NCBI RefSeq assembly: GCF_902713615.1
Contig: NC_052172.1
Span: 3,844,001-3,908,000 of the forward strand
Reading direction: 5' to 3'
Origin: Scyliorhinus canicula
Taxonomy: Eukaryota
Length of the DNA: 64,000 nucleotides
Under the pieces are notes generated by a model that worked only from the letters and a program-made list of their open reading frames with translations, did not search any database and was not told the DNA's origin. Numbering within the stretch: the first letter of the stretch is position 1; each line of letters starts with the position of its first letter. Below are positions 11,130-23,082 of this stretch, in pieces. A program made the position numbers and the translations under genes.

Positions 11130-11685
11130 CAGCGGTGGGCAGCGCGCGGCCTCGCGGGCCACCGAGTACTCAGTGCGGCCCACAGCGGCATATTGTTGAC
11201 CGGCTCCCACGTGCAGCGTTGCCCTATTCCATTGGCTTTTGCCCGCGGAGCTTTTCCCCCGACTGGCATGACCAATCTGACGCCCGTAGAATGATCGAAT
11301 CCCTACAGTGTGGCCATTCAGCCCATCGGGTCTGCACCGACCCTCTGAAAGAGCACTCCCCACCCCCGCCATCCCAATAACCCCTTAATATCCCTGGAGA
11401 CTAAAAAGGCAATTTATCATGGCCAATCCACCGAACCTGCACATCTCTGGACTGAGAGAGGAAACCCACACAGCCACGGGGAAAAAGTGCAAGCTCCACA
11501 CAAGACAGCCCCCCGCCCCCCCCGGGTCAGAATTGAACCCGAGTCCCTGGCGCTGTGGGGCAGCAGTGCTAACCGCCGTGCGCAAGGGCAAGCGAAGTGA
11601 GGTGCGTGCTGATTTCTCACAACATTGACTTGTGAGAACCGTGTGCTCCATCTGCCGCTGCGGGCCGCACCGAGTACTCGGTGGC
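11130..11685. mobile_element. Degraded MITE-like element with a 33-bp inverted repeat, split by a SINE (11287-11582 minus)
   Basis: 11158-11190 is the reverse complement of 11653-11685 with 2 mismatches; the left end CAGCGGTGGGCA resembles the hAT TIR at 3168. Confidence 0.6.
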
Positions 11686-12624
11686 ACTGTGTCTGATCAA
11701 AGGGTAAATCTTGTCATTTGTTTTCTCATTTGACATTGATGACTGTTCTATTTGATTGAACATTTTTCTACAACTCGTTATGAAATATTCAGTGTGTTTT
11801 AAATGTATTGAATCTTATTCATGGGGTCACGGTGAGTGAACAGACCCCGATTTCAATCCTGCGGCCCACTGAGATAAAGGAGGGCCTCTCGTGCGCCCCA
11901 CTCCCTGGCCCAGGTTGCCCGTCACTGCTGTAGAGTCCGGGAGACTGGTGTTTGTGTGAATCAGCTCACTTGCTTCCACTGTGAAAGCAGGCCCCCCCCC
12001 CCGCAGCCTGAAGATTGGAGTCGAGAGAAACGGGGCCTGGGAGTCCGCTGCCGGCACCAGGGGAGCTGGGTTTGGGCACGTCGATTCCAGGAACCGGCTC
12101 TGAGCACAAGTTCAGTGTTTGAACAGAGGTTCATATCGCTGCTGCAGGGATTGTCATTGGAGCTTTTTAAAACAAAAAATGTATTCATTTACGGGATGTG
12201 GGCATCGCTGGTTAGGCCAGCATTCATTGCCCATCCCGTGTTGCCCTTCAGAAAGTGGTGGTGAGTTGTCGTCTTCAGCCACTGCAGTCCTTCAGGTGTA
12301 GATACACCCACTGTGCTGTTAGGGAGTTCCAGGATTTTGCCCCAGCGACAGCGAAGGAACGGTCAATATATTTCCAAGTCAGGATGGTGAGAGTGGTGAT
12401 GGCGGTCATTAATGACTCAACATAAATGCAGAACAAGCACATCACGGTCAGCAGGAAAGGAAATAAAAGGTCACAGAGACAAGAAGGGAGGACTGTGCAC
12501 TTCTAGGTGGTAGTGGTCGTGGGTTTGGAAGAGCTATGGGGTGGTCGTGGGTTTGGAAGAGCTATGGGATGTACCTCTGTTAGGCCTGGATAGCAAACAT
12601 TTCAAAAACAGATCTGCTTGTACT

Positions 12625-12968
12625 GGGGTTGCACAGTGCTTAGCACTGCTGCCTTACAGCTCCAGGGACCCGGGTTCAATTCCACCCTTGTGCAACTCTG
12701 TGTGGAGGCTGCACGTTCTCCCCGTGTCCGCGTGGGTTTCCTTAATTTAAAGATTCCTAAGTTAAAGTGCCCAATTAATTTTTTTCCAATTAAGGGGCAA
12801 TTTAACATGGCCAATCCACCGACCCTGCACATCTTTGGGTTGTGGGGGCGAAACCCACGCAGACTCGGGGAGAAAGTGCAAAGGCTACACGGACAGTGAC
12901 CCAGGGCCGGGATCAAACCTCAGCGCCATGAGGCAGCAGTGCTAATCACTGCGCCACCGTGCTGCCCC
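12625..12968. mobile_element. Two abutting SINEs in opposite orientation (12625-12741 plus; 12765-12968 minus)
   Basis: V-SINE head and core motifs on both strands. Confidence 0.85.
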
Positions 12969-13373
12969 CATTTGAATGCGATTTAATGCTATTTTGTTCT
13001 GTTCAGCCTTTTTTTGCTGCGAATTGGTACCCAGTTGAGGCATTGTAGTTTTCGTAGCTCACGTGACCCAATATTTCTGATTTGCAACGAAAAATATCAA
13101 CTCCAGTCTATTTATTGGTCAGATTGACGGGGCTAAATGGAAGCAGTGGAGGGGGACGAATTGGGTTGGCCCATTGAAAGAATTAGCACACAGACTCAAT
13201 GGGCCAAATAGACACCATCCTGCACTGAAATGATCCACAATAGCTTGGGTACAGTCTGTGCTTTGGGCAGTGGGCCTGCAATCTTGTTGGCTAGGATACG
13301 GAGGAATTGAAAATGGGCAGAACAGTCATTGAGAAGGCGGAGTGCTGAATTTTCTTTTGAACGTCGTGTACAG

Positions 13374-13400
13374 GTTTTCAAGCCTGCACCATCAATTCCG
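13374..13400 (+). CDS. Candidate 27-nt exon (VFKPAPSIP or GFQACTINS)
   Basis: Acceptor ...cgtgtacag; consensus donor CCG|gtgagt; resembles exon 10604-10648. Confidence 0.5.
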
Positions 13401-13437
13401 GTGAGTTTCATTTCAAATCAATTCTGGAACTTGTGGA

Positions 13438-13652
13438 GCAGGATTGGCCGGAAAGGGCCCGTGGAGTGGCGTGCTCCTCAATGGGGAAGAATTGAAGAGG
13501 GAAGTTATGCAGGATTGGCCGGATAGGGCCCGTGGAGTGGCGTGCTCCTCAATGGGGAAGAATTGAAGAGGGAAGTTATGCAGGATTGGACGGATAGGGC
13601 CCGTGGAGTGGCGTACTCCTCAATGGGGAAGAATTGAAGAGGGAAGTTATGC
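13438..13652. repeat. 71-bp tandem repeat, three copies
   Basis: AGGATTGG starts at 13440, 13511 and 13582; the units are near-identical. Confidence 0.95.
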
Positions 13653-14705
13653 GAGCAGAATTTCTAAATTTGCCAAAACAAATGTTGCTTTGGCGCGTTT
13701 CAGTTTTGGATGGTAATTTGGGAAGGTGATTGTGCAGACACAGCCTAGATTATGGTCAGCCCACATCCTCCGATGCTCAGAATACCAGCCTCTGGACAAT
13801 CGAGGGACTTTCACTTGTGTGGAAGGGTCTTTCCTGAGCTGCGTAACCAGGGTTCCTAACCTGAAACATCTCAGCCTGCTCTGAGCTGGTGAGAAAAGGA
13901 TCTCCTCATCGGCAAAGAGTGAGTGGATGAGGTGACGAGGGCTGGGGAGGAGGTGAGCCCTGTGACTCCGATTGTCAGCCCGTCGAACACTCCTTCTGTG
14001 GCCAACGAGTCCGGTCGTTGGACTCGAACCTGGGGCTCCTGGTCGAGAGGTGGGGGCACTACCCGCTGTGCCGCAAAACCTGTGGAAATGTCCGTTTAAA
14101 ATGAGTTCAGATTGGGCGAGTAAAGAACAGCAATAACTCGGTCATTAATGACGCAACATCAATGCAGAACAAGCACATCACGGTCAGCAAGTAAAGCAAA
14201 CAAATGGCCACAGGGACAAGTAAGAGAGGACTGTGCAATGCATAAAGCTTCATCGAGCCGGGAAGCGGAGGTTTGAAGTGACGGAAGGATTATGGGAGGG
14301 AATTCGCAGCACGCGTTCTGGAAACCTGATGGCGTGGCCGAGGTCAGAGGGTGAAAAGAGGTTAGTGAGGAGACTTGAGTCACGAGAATGGAGGATTCAG
14401 TAGTGAAGGGGATTGGGGGGGGGGGGGGGCGTCGTTGGTGGTCCGGGTTTGTCGCACTGAAGGAAGGTCAGGAGGTGGGAGGGGCAAGGTCATAATATGA
14501 TCGAAATGAGGAGATGAGAATTTTAAATTTGAAGTGCTGGAGGAGCAGGAGTGGACATAGGTCTGTGAAGGCAGGATATTGGGTGAGCAGAACTTGGTCA
14601 TCTTTAAAAACTAATTCATTTGTTTAAAAGGAAACATACAATCTCAGCATGTCTGCGGATATCATGAGTAAAGCGTGCACATTTAATCACGTTTTCCTTT
14701 ATCAG

Positions 14706-14856
14706 GTTGCCGTCGGTTGCGTTCTCAAAACCCCGGCCAGATTCAACAAATTTATTTTTCCCAGCTGCAGTGGGGGGTGGTGTCCACTGGATGGCAGCGT
14801 CTGCCTTGTGGTTGGACACATGCCTTGCACCAGCCCTGCATCGAAACCGATGCCAG
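14706..14856 (+). CDS. Candidate exon with two acceptors (14706 or 14765); ...LQWGVVSTGWQRLPCGWTHALHQPCIETDA
   Basis: Acceptors ttttcctttatcag|14706 and tttatttttcccag|14765; donor CAG|gtttgt; ends in phase 2 in the frame that continues into the next exon. Confidence 0.45.
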
Positions 14857-15273
14857 GTTTGTGATCCGCTGGTGTTTCTGTTTGCTGAGTGAGGGGGGGG
14901 GGTCCGGTCTCTCCCGTTTGCTGAGTGAGGAGTGGGGTCAGCCAGTCTAGCAAATGTATTGGGCTTTTCTTCGCCCCTGGAATCATGGAATACGTCTAAA
15001 TTTGAACGATTTTGCCATCAGCCTTGGGCAGATGGAAACGGGACCCCCGTCCACCGCCAAGATGCCACGCTTGAACTGGAAGCGTATTCTACAAGCCGGC
15101 CTCTGTGTAACCGTGCGTCGCGCACCGTAAACTCCGGCAAGGGTGTACTTCTTCCTTGCGATGCTCCTTTTGCCAGCATTCCCACTGGGAAGCCATTACA
15201 CCGTCTGATACCTGTAATATTTTAAGTATGGTATTTGCGGTGAATTCTGTCCAAAGTCTCTGCTTTTCTACAG

Positions 15274-15302
15274 TGAAGTGACTGAGCTCTCAGGCTATTA
15301 CA
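15274..15302 (+). CDS. Candidate 29-nt exon (SEVTELSGYY)
   Basis: Acceptor ctctgcttttctacag; donor ACA|gtaagt; only the phase-2 frame is open. Confidence 0.55.
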
Positions 15303-16469
15303 GTAAGTGAGATCCTTTAAATTGGGTGTTACTCTGGTGATATTTAAACCTTTTCCAGGGCTGACATATCTCTCACCAGACCTCGGTCTAATCTCGATGG
15401 CGCCTAGCCAGGGTCTTGTACATAGACACTGTGCTTGTTGGCTTGTTCTTGAGCAGCTTAGCGATATGTCCTCTTACCCCGTTTGCATTGCTCCTGGTCG
15501 TGGCCTTTTAGAGACTTGCTCGCAGATCCTGGCTTGCTCGGCACATTCTTCCTGTTGACTTTGAGCCGATTTCCCCCCCCCCCCCAAATGGAAATCAGAT
15601 TGCCATCTTCCTTACCGCTCTGGCACTCTGATGCCAGCACAGATTATATAGCCCTTGGCTGGAAGATAAGAGAATCCTGTCTCGTCCTTCAGATCGTCGA
15701 TGTTGATTGTGGAGTAATAACTCTGTAACTGACCGCCCCAAGGGACCTCTCTTTTCATTCTTTCTGAGGAGCCGCTATCGTTAATGAAAATTCCCTGTCT
15801 GCGAATGCACCCCCCCCCCCCAAAATCCCGCAGGACTCCCTCAGCCTGCGTGTGGTAGCTCAATCAAGGGGCATTTCGAAAGTAAAAAATATACATTATC
15901 AACAGGGTTATCTTAACCCCGTCAAACTCGTAACCTGAAAAGAATTCGCCGGGATTAGCGAGATGTGATAGGATCAGGGATGGGCTCCTCGACACTGTTG
16001 ACTGCCAATCCGTGAGATTATGGCTGATTTGCACCTTAACGCCTAACCACCCACCTTTGGCGCCGTCAGCCCCGTGCTCCCCTTGCCGAACAAGAATGGT
16101 GTTCTTTTCAAGAAACCGCGGTTGTGTATCCCTAACAACGTCATCTCTGTCAAAGGAATCCTCAAAACATCACATCCTTCCGATAATCTGGCGACCAGAA
16201 TTGCACACAGTACTCCAGCTGATTAAAATCCTGGAATTTCTGCGTAATGGAATTGGATTTACTGACCTGATTGCTTCTGAGAGGAGGAAATCGAGGCGAT
16301 CAAATTTCTGCCTCTCTGCCAGTAGATTCCTGTATTTGATGACTGGCTTGCGAACCATATCTGTTGGTAACTAGTGCATGTTTGATGCGATGCTGCCGCA
16401 CATTTTCTTCATGGGTAATTGTTGCTGATTGGGATGTGTAGACAAAGGAGCTGACTCACACACACGACC

Positions 16470-16726
16470 ATTTGGAGCTGTATAGAACTTTGGTGAGGCC
16501 ATAGCTGGATACAGTGTGCAGTTCTGGTCGCCACATTATAGGAAGGATGCGATTGCACTGGAGGGGGTGCAGAGGAGATTCACCAGGATGTTGCCTGGGA
16601 TGGAACATTAAGTTATGAAGAGAGGTTGGATAGACTTGGGTTGTTTTCTCTGGAGCAGAGAAGACTGAGGGGTGAGCTGATCGAGGTGGTCAAGATTATG
16701 AGGGGCATGGACAGGGTGGATAGGGT
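16470..16726 (+). mobile_element. CR1 ORF2 C-terminal fragment
   Basis: Encodes VQFWSPHYRKD...LEQRRLRGELIEV. Confidence 0.9.
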
Positions 16727-16890
16727 GAATCTGTACCATGATCCTCTAACCTTCCTCATCTTTCCGCCGTTAACCATGCCTCATCTAATGCCTTTTTTTC
16801 CTTGTCATCCGGTTTAGCTGGGCTCCCGCTTGTAGGGTTCCATTTCTAAGACCATCTTTAGCAATCAATCTCCTCCCCTAACAATCCCCC

Positions 16891-17322
16891 GGGCAGCACG
16901 GTAGTTAGCACTGCTGCCTCACGGCGCCAGGGACCAGGGTTCGATCCCGGCCTCTGTACGTTCTCCCCGTGTCTGCGTGGGTTTCCTCCGGGTGCTCCGA
17001 TTTCCTCCCACAGACCAAAGACGTGCAGGCTAGGTGGATTGGCCATGCTAAATTGCCCTGACTGTCCAAAAAGGTTAGGAGGGGTTATTGGGTTACGGGG
17101 ATAGGGTGGAAGTGAGGGCTTAGATGGGTCGGTGCAGTCTTGATGGGCCGAATGGCCACCTAACCTGCACATCTTTGGACTGTGTGAGGAAACCGGAGCA
17201 CCCGGAGGAAACCCACGCAGACACTGGGAGAACGTGCAGACTCCACACAGACAGTGACCCGAGGCTGGGATCGAACCCGGGTCCCTGGCGCTTTGAGGCA
17301 GCGGTGCTAACCACTGTGCCGG
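16891..17322. mobile_element. Abutting inverted SINE pair (16891-17155 plus; 17156-17322 minus)
   Basis: The same head and core occur on opposite strands with no spacer. Confidence 0.88.
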
Positions 17323-17755
17323 CATAGCTTTGTTCCTTGTCTTCTGTGTGTTGCCCTTCCCTCAGTCTGCCTCCATCTTTCTCAGCAGCCCCCCACCCCC
17401 CGCGCTAAACCTTCCCACTCCTCTTGCTATACATCTCGTCGCCTTTTCGAAAATTTCAGCACATCTTTTCCACCTTGTTTTCATCTGTTGCCACCTAATT
17501 GCTCCCTCCCTGGCTCACCGCCGCTTCATCTTTATTAGCAAAGTCTCCTGAGATATTTCACTGTGCCGAATGCGCTACTCAAATGCAAGTTGTCATTTTA
17601 AATGAAAAAAAATACCCTCCACTGTGCGAAGGGCAGAAGCGTAAAAATAGCGACAGTTAATTTGCGGCAATGAGAAGATAGGTGCCTCGCGAGGAGGCCC
17701 GGTTTCCAGAAGCAGCCACTGCCTTCGCCTCGGCGGCTGGTAGATAGATTTATCC

Positions 17756-17896
17756 CAGTCCAAAGATGTGCAGGTTGGGTGGATTGGCCATGATAAATTG
17801 GCCTTGGTGTCCAAAATTCTATGGTTAACCTAGGACAAAAGTTCGGCACAACATCGTGGGCCGAAGGGCCTGTTCTGTGCTGTATTTCTCTATCTA
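17756..17896 (+). mobile_element. 5'-truncated copy of the SINE-core + CR1-tail composite seen at ~4315-4460
   Basis: Shares the junction GTCCAAAATTCTATG(A/G)TTAACCTAGGACAAAAGTTCG and the following tail. Confidence 0.85.
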
Positions 17897-18521
17897 TCCC
17901 GCCAAAGTACCATTGTCGCTCGCTGCCGCTGTTCAGCGTCCTAATCCACGGGCTGTTTCTGCTTTTCCAGCAAGTTGTGAATTTGTGGGCTCCTTGACCT
18001 TGCCCCCCCCCCCCCCCCAATCGAGGAGCAAACAGTTTGTGTTTCAATGAAATGAGTTTTCCGACGAATCTGCCAAAGGCTTGCCGCCATGTGTTAGTGT
18101 GCGAGTGCCAGCAGTTAAAGCTAACAGAAGTATTAGCACCCCTGCATGTGGCACTCTGTCTACTCCCCTGCTGCTGCCCTGTGGTCCCATCTGCTTCGCC
18201 AGCGAACTTAATTGCTTCCTTTTGTTTTACATTTTTGTTGAGGAATACAAATCCTTCCCTATCATTAACCCCTTTGAGAACCGCTGTAACATTTCGTTTC
18301 TCCAAAGATATAACGCGTGCAATTATTGCCAGGAAGGTAAACATCGAACCACGGGAGAGTTTCAATTGCGAAGCCAACCCTTGCTCCACACCCCAAAGAA
18401 TAAAACAAAAGTCAATTTGATCTATTTGGAAAACATTGGTTACACTATTGCTCCTGTCCCTCGCAATGTTAATGCTTTTATTCGAAAATTGCGAGATGGT
18501 GAGGTTTACAGTTTTGAAAAA

Positions 18522-18800
18522 TAATATTTATTGTCACAAATAGGCTTACATTAACACTGCAATGAAGTTACTGTGAAAAGCCCCTAGTCGCCACACTCCG
18601 GCGCCTGTTCGGGTACACAGAGGGAGAATTCAGAATATCCAATTCACCTAATGGCTTTCGTGGACTTGTGGGAGGAAACCGGAGCACCCGGAGGAAACCC
18701 ACGCTGACGCGGGGAGAACTCCGCACAGACAGTGAGCCAAGCCGGGAATCGAACCCGGGACCCTTACGCTATGAACCAACAGTGCTAACCACTGTGCTCC
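18522..18800 (-). mobile_element. V-SINE-like SINE, tail c
   Basis: Reverse complement of the 5250-5552 type. Confidence 0.88.
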
Positions 18801-18984
18801 CGTCATATGATCGAAAGTTCAAAGTCTGGCACTGCCCTAACTTTATCTTCTGATTTAAAGTGTCTCGGAGAAAATGCGCTCGTACGGCATCTTAACACAT
18901 CAAAATACCTTGGATGCTGTTATGCAACGTGGCGCACTTTAGTTACAGGAAGGTCTGTAAATAGATTGTGCCGTAATCTCTTAG

Positions 18985-18996
18985 ATATCCTCCAAC
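18985..18996 (+). CDS. Candidate 12-nt microexon (NILQ)
   Basis: tgccgtaatctcttag|ATATCCTCCAAC|gtgagt; phase 1 to 1. Confidence 0.35.
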
Positions 18997-19624
18997 GTGA
19001 GTCCTGCTCCTTTACATCGAGGTTTTCTCCTTTTAAAAAAAATTTGGGCGTTGTTATCTTTTTCACCTGGGTCGCCCGAGGTCTGTCAGGAAACCTGGAC
19101 AAACTCTTCTTTTTCCAATAAACATATTGCATCAGAACAGTTGTGGGTGCCAGAAGACCCAAGTTAGGGAGAGAGCCATTCCTGGGCCAGTTCCAAGGCT
19201 TGTACAGTCTTGTCACCACAAACTGGTGGGCGAATTCTTCCCAAATGTTTGTTGCTCGCTTGCCAGCTGTGTGTTTATCTTCGCTACCTGCCACCAGGAC
19301 GTGCCAAAGTTTTAAACGTTTCTTTTATTTAAAGAAAGATTTCGCAACGGGCGACGTCTACTGTTAGAATTTTTCACTCTTGCGTAACTCCAGCAGACAG
19401 AAGTGGAACTTGACCTGGAAATCACTGGTGCCCTGTGTGGTGGGGGGAAGCAGTTTGAGGCGCGCGCTCCAGTGTTGTTCATCTTAACCCTTCGCCTAGT
19501 TGAGGAATAAAAGTGAACGTGAGGTTAGCCCCAAGTGGTTGAACGTTAGGTGAAAGGCTTAGCTCCATAATGAAGCGCCGTATAAAGATGGGAGGAAAGA
19601 CGGAGCAAATCATACATACATACA

Positions 19625-21320
19625 ATCAACAGTGCAAAAGGAGGCCATTTGGCCCATCGGGTTTGCACCTGCCCTTAAGCCTCCACCGTATCCCCGTAAC
19701 CCAGTAACCCCACCGTAACCTTTTTTGGGCATTTAAGGGGCAATTTAGCATGGCCAATCCACCTAGCCTGCACATCTTTGGACTTGTGGGAGGAAACCGA
19801 AGCACCCGGAGGAAACCCGCGGAGACCCCGCACAGACAGTGACCGAAGCCGGGAGTCGAACCCGGGACCCTGGAGCTGTGAAGCAACAGTGCGAACCACT
19901 GAGCTACCATACCGCCCAATTAGACAATGCATAGGGCGCCCAGTGGCTAGCACGGCGCAGGGGACCCAGGTTCAATCCCAGCTCCGGGTCACTGTCCGTG
20001 TGGAGTTTGCACATTCTCCCCATGTTTGTGTGGGTGTCGCCCCCACAACCCAAAGATGTGCAGGGTGGGTGGGTTGGCCACGCTAAATTGCCCTTAATTG
20101 GGGGGAAAAAAGAGGGTACTCTAATTATTTCTTTTTAATAGTTAATGCAGAATGTGGGTAACTAAGTAATGCAGGTTATGTTCATCAAAGTGATAACTAG
20201 AGAGACGTAGAGAACTAGATAAGGGAAAAAGAGGGGTGTGAGAAAGGATACGATTATCATTCATGGGCAGCACGGTAGCACAAGTGGACAGCACTGTGGC
20301 TTCACAGCGCTAGGGTCCCAGGTTCGATTCCCCACTGGGTCACTGTCAGTGAGGAGTCTGCACGTTCTCCCCATGTCTGCATGGGTTTCCTCCGGGTGCT
20401 CCAGTTTCCTCTCTCAAAGATGTGCAGGTTAGGCAGATTGGCCATGCTAAATTACCCTTAGTGACTAAGAAGGTTAGGAGGGATTATTGGGTTACGGGGA
20501 TAGGGTGGGAGTGAGGGCTTAAGTGGGTCGGTGCAGACTCGATGGGCCGAATGGCCTCCTTCTGCACTGTATGTTCTTATTATCAATTTATGATATTGGT
20601 ACATCATTGTAGCACTTGAATTTAAGACTGGCACATCTGGGTCTTTATCCGTTGCTACTTTACACTTGTAGGTATGGAATATAACCATGAATCTTAAAGT
20701 AGAAAGCAGGCACCAAGGAAGCAAAACGCCGCATCTTGAATGAACACCTGACCTCAGATGGGGCGCCGCCTCCATTTTCAACATAGAACAGTACAGCACA
20801 GAACAGGCCCTTCGGCCCTCGATGTTGTGCCGAGCAATGATCACCCTACTCAAACCCACGTATCCACCCTATACCCGTAACCCAACAACCCCCCCTTAAC
20901 CTTACTTATTAGGACACTACGGGCAATTTAGCATGGCCAATCCACCAAACCCGCACATCTTTGAACTGTGGGAGGAAACCGGAGCACCCGGAGAAAACCC
21001 ACGCACACACGGGGAGGACGTGCAGACTCCGCACAGACAGTGACCCAGCCGGGAACCGAACCTGGGACCCTGGAGCTGTGAAGCATTTATGCTAACCACC
21101 ATGCTACCATGCTGCCCCCGCACCATGCTACCGTGCTGCCCCGATCAGCCTCCCTAAGTCCAAACATGTGCAGGTTAGGAGGATTGGCCATGATAAATTG
21201 CCTTTAGTGTCCAAAAAGGCTGGGTGGGGTTACTGGGATAGGGTGGAGACATGGGCTTTGCGAGGGACGGTGCAGACCCGATGGGCCGAATGGCCTCCTG
21301 CACTGTAAATTGTATGATTC
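19625..21320. mobile_element. SINE cluster (19625-19916 -, 19933-20125 +, 20265-20578 +, 20780-21142 -, 21155-21320 +)
   Basis: V-SINE head and core with tails a, b and d. Confidence 0.88.
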
Positions 21321-21807
21321 TAAGTTGAAAAAGGGATTGATTTGATTTGATTTATTATTGTCACATGTATTAGTATACAGTGAAAAGTATTGTTTCTTGC
21401 ATGCTGTACAAACAATGCATACCCTACATTGGGAAGGAAGGAAGGACTGCAGAATATAACGTTACAGTCATAGCAAGGTGTACAGAAATGACGCACTGAT
21501 GAAAAACGCATCGCTGAGCATGAATGTCTGGTTCGGGGTGGGGTTCCGGGGATCACTGCGGGTGAGAAATGGTTGGGGAAATATCTTTGGGGGTCCTTAC
21601 TGGATCAGTGGGCTTCACCGATGGGAAGGGACAGTATAATGGGCCAGCGTGTGGTCTTGGGTAACCCAGATGATCCAAGAAATGGTACTATATATACCCA
21701 GTGTTAAGTGTTTTTAGCTTGTGGTGGTACCTTTACTGTAGTAATGTCTTTTTCTATGTGCTCGGTGTGAGGTTTCGGATTATTCTATATAGTGGATGGG
21801 GGGTTTG

Positions 21808-22140
21808 GGGCCTCACGGTAGCATGGTGGTTAGCATCAATGCTTCACAGCTCCAGGGTCCCAGGTTCGATTCCCGGCTGGGTCACTGTCTGTGTGGAGTC
21901 TGCACGTCCTCCCCGTGTGTGCGTGGGTTTCCTCCGGGTGCTCCGGTTTCCTCCCACAGTCCAAAGATGTGCGGGTTAGGTGGATTGGCCGTGATAAATT
22001 GCCCGTAGTGTAAGGTTAATGGGGGGATTGTTGGGTTACGGGTATAGGGTGGATACGTGGGTTTGAGTAGGGTGATCATTGCTCGGCACAACATCGAGGG
22101 CCGAAGGGCCTGTTCTGTGCTGTACTGTTCTATTCTATTT
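21808..22140 (+). mobile_element. Young V-SINE-like SINE, tail b
   Basis: Near-identical to the minus copies at 20780-21118, 55390-55728 and 57617-57960. Confidence 0.92.
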
Positions 22141-22285
22141 CTATTAATGGCTCTAGTCCAGTGGTGGTATTCGGGTCTCCGTTAACAAAACTAGAACTTT
22201 TTTTCAGTGCTGGTCCTCCGCTGTACAATTTATGTCCTGTGCAGTCATTCTTTTCCCTGACTAATCTGGCCTTTATTCTATGAAG

Positions 22286-22296
22286 CAACAGAAGAC
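22286..22296 (+). CDS. Candidate 11-nt microexon (PTED)
   Basis: Branch-point-like CTGACTAAT at 22257-22265; ag|CAACAGAAGAC|gtatgt; phase 1 to 0. Confidence 0.35.
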
Positions 22297-22324
22297 GTAT
22301 GTCTCCAGCCCTTTTCGCAACCTC

Positions 22325-22680
22325 GGAATGTCCCAAAGCAGTTTACAGCTATTGCCATATTTATAAAGGGTAGCAACCGAGCGATATATCACGGTCATGA
22401 CCGTCTGTTTTTTTTCTTGTGTTGATTGTCAGATAAACATTGGCCGGGACACCATGGACAATTCCCTCGCTCTCCACCCGAGAAGGCAGATCAGGCTTGG
22501 GTTTAACATCTCGTCCGAAAGATAAGGTCCTCTGACCGTGAAGCATTCCCTCAGTGCTGCACCGCGCTGGGAGAGCCAGCCCTGATATTTTTATTTTTGA
22601 GTATGCTCGCATCCCGGGGCAGGGTCTGAAACCCACAACCTTCTGATTCTGAGGCGAGGGTGCTCCCAACTGGAGTGCGG
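22325..22680 (-). mobile_element. Deu-domain SINE (SacSINE1-like)
   Basis: The minus strand reads tRNA-like head ...GCCTCAGAATCAGAAGGTTGTGGG... followed by TCTTTCGGACGAGATGTTAAACC, a Deu-domain-like motif. Confidence 0.7.
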
Positions 22681-23082
22681 TCGGCACAGTGCGCTAGCTG
22701 TCCCATTGTACTTTCCCTGTTCCTCTCGCGCTCTCCCTGGCTTGTTTTGATCCTCTGGAAAATACTGCAGTTGTTATTTTGGCTGCCACCCGCGCAGCCA
22801 CTTGGGCAATGTACAAATGGGGCGGCTGCTGCTGCTGCTGCTGAAACTGTAGCCCACCGTGAATTTGATGCCTTTGGGATTGGAGGGGCAGCAGAATGTA
22901 GATTGAATCGTAGAATGATTACAGCACAGGAGGAGGCCATTCGGCCCACCTTCTCTGTGCTGGCTCTGCACGAGCAATTTATCTAGTGCTGCCTTTTCCC
23001 TGTCGCCCTACAAATATCGACCTACTCCCCCTTTGAAACATAGAAAACAGAAGCTGGAGGAGGCCATTCGGCCCTTGGAGCC

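Noticed and set aside
13438-13652. CRISPR-like array
   Set aside because: Whole units repeat with no unique spacers, and the context is eukaryotic.
15693-16366. Extra + strand exon candidates (15693-15713, 16326-16366; also 8122-8131)
   Set aside because: Donors are weak, or the segments introduce stops or phase shifts in the assembled frame. They are not excluded if the true exon set differs.
17598-18389. 263-aa minus-strand ORF
   Set aside because: It runs through SINE/CR1 tail sequence and a homopolymer, with no domain features.
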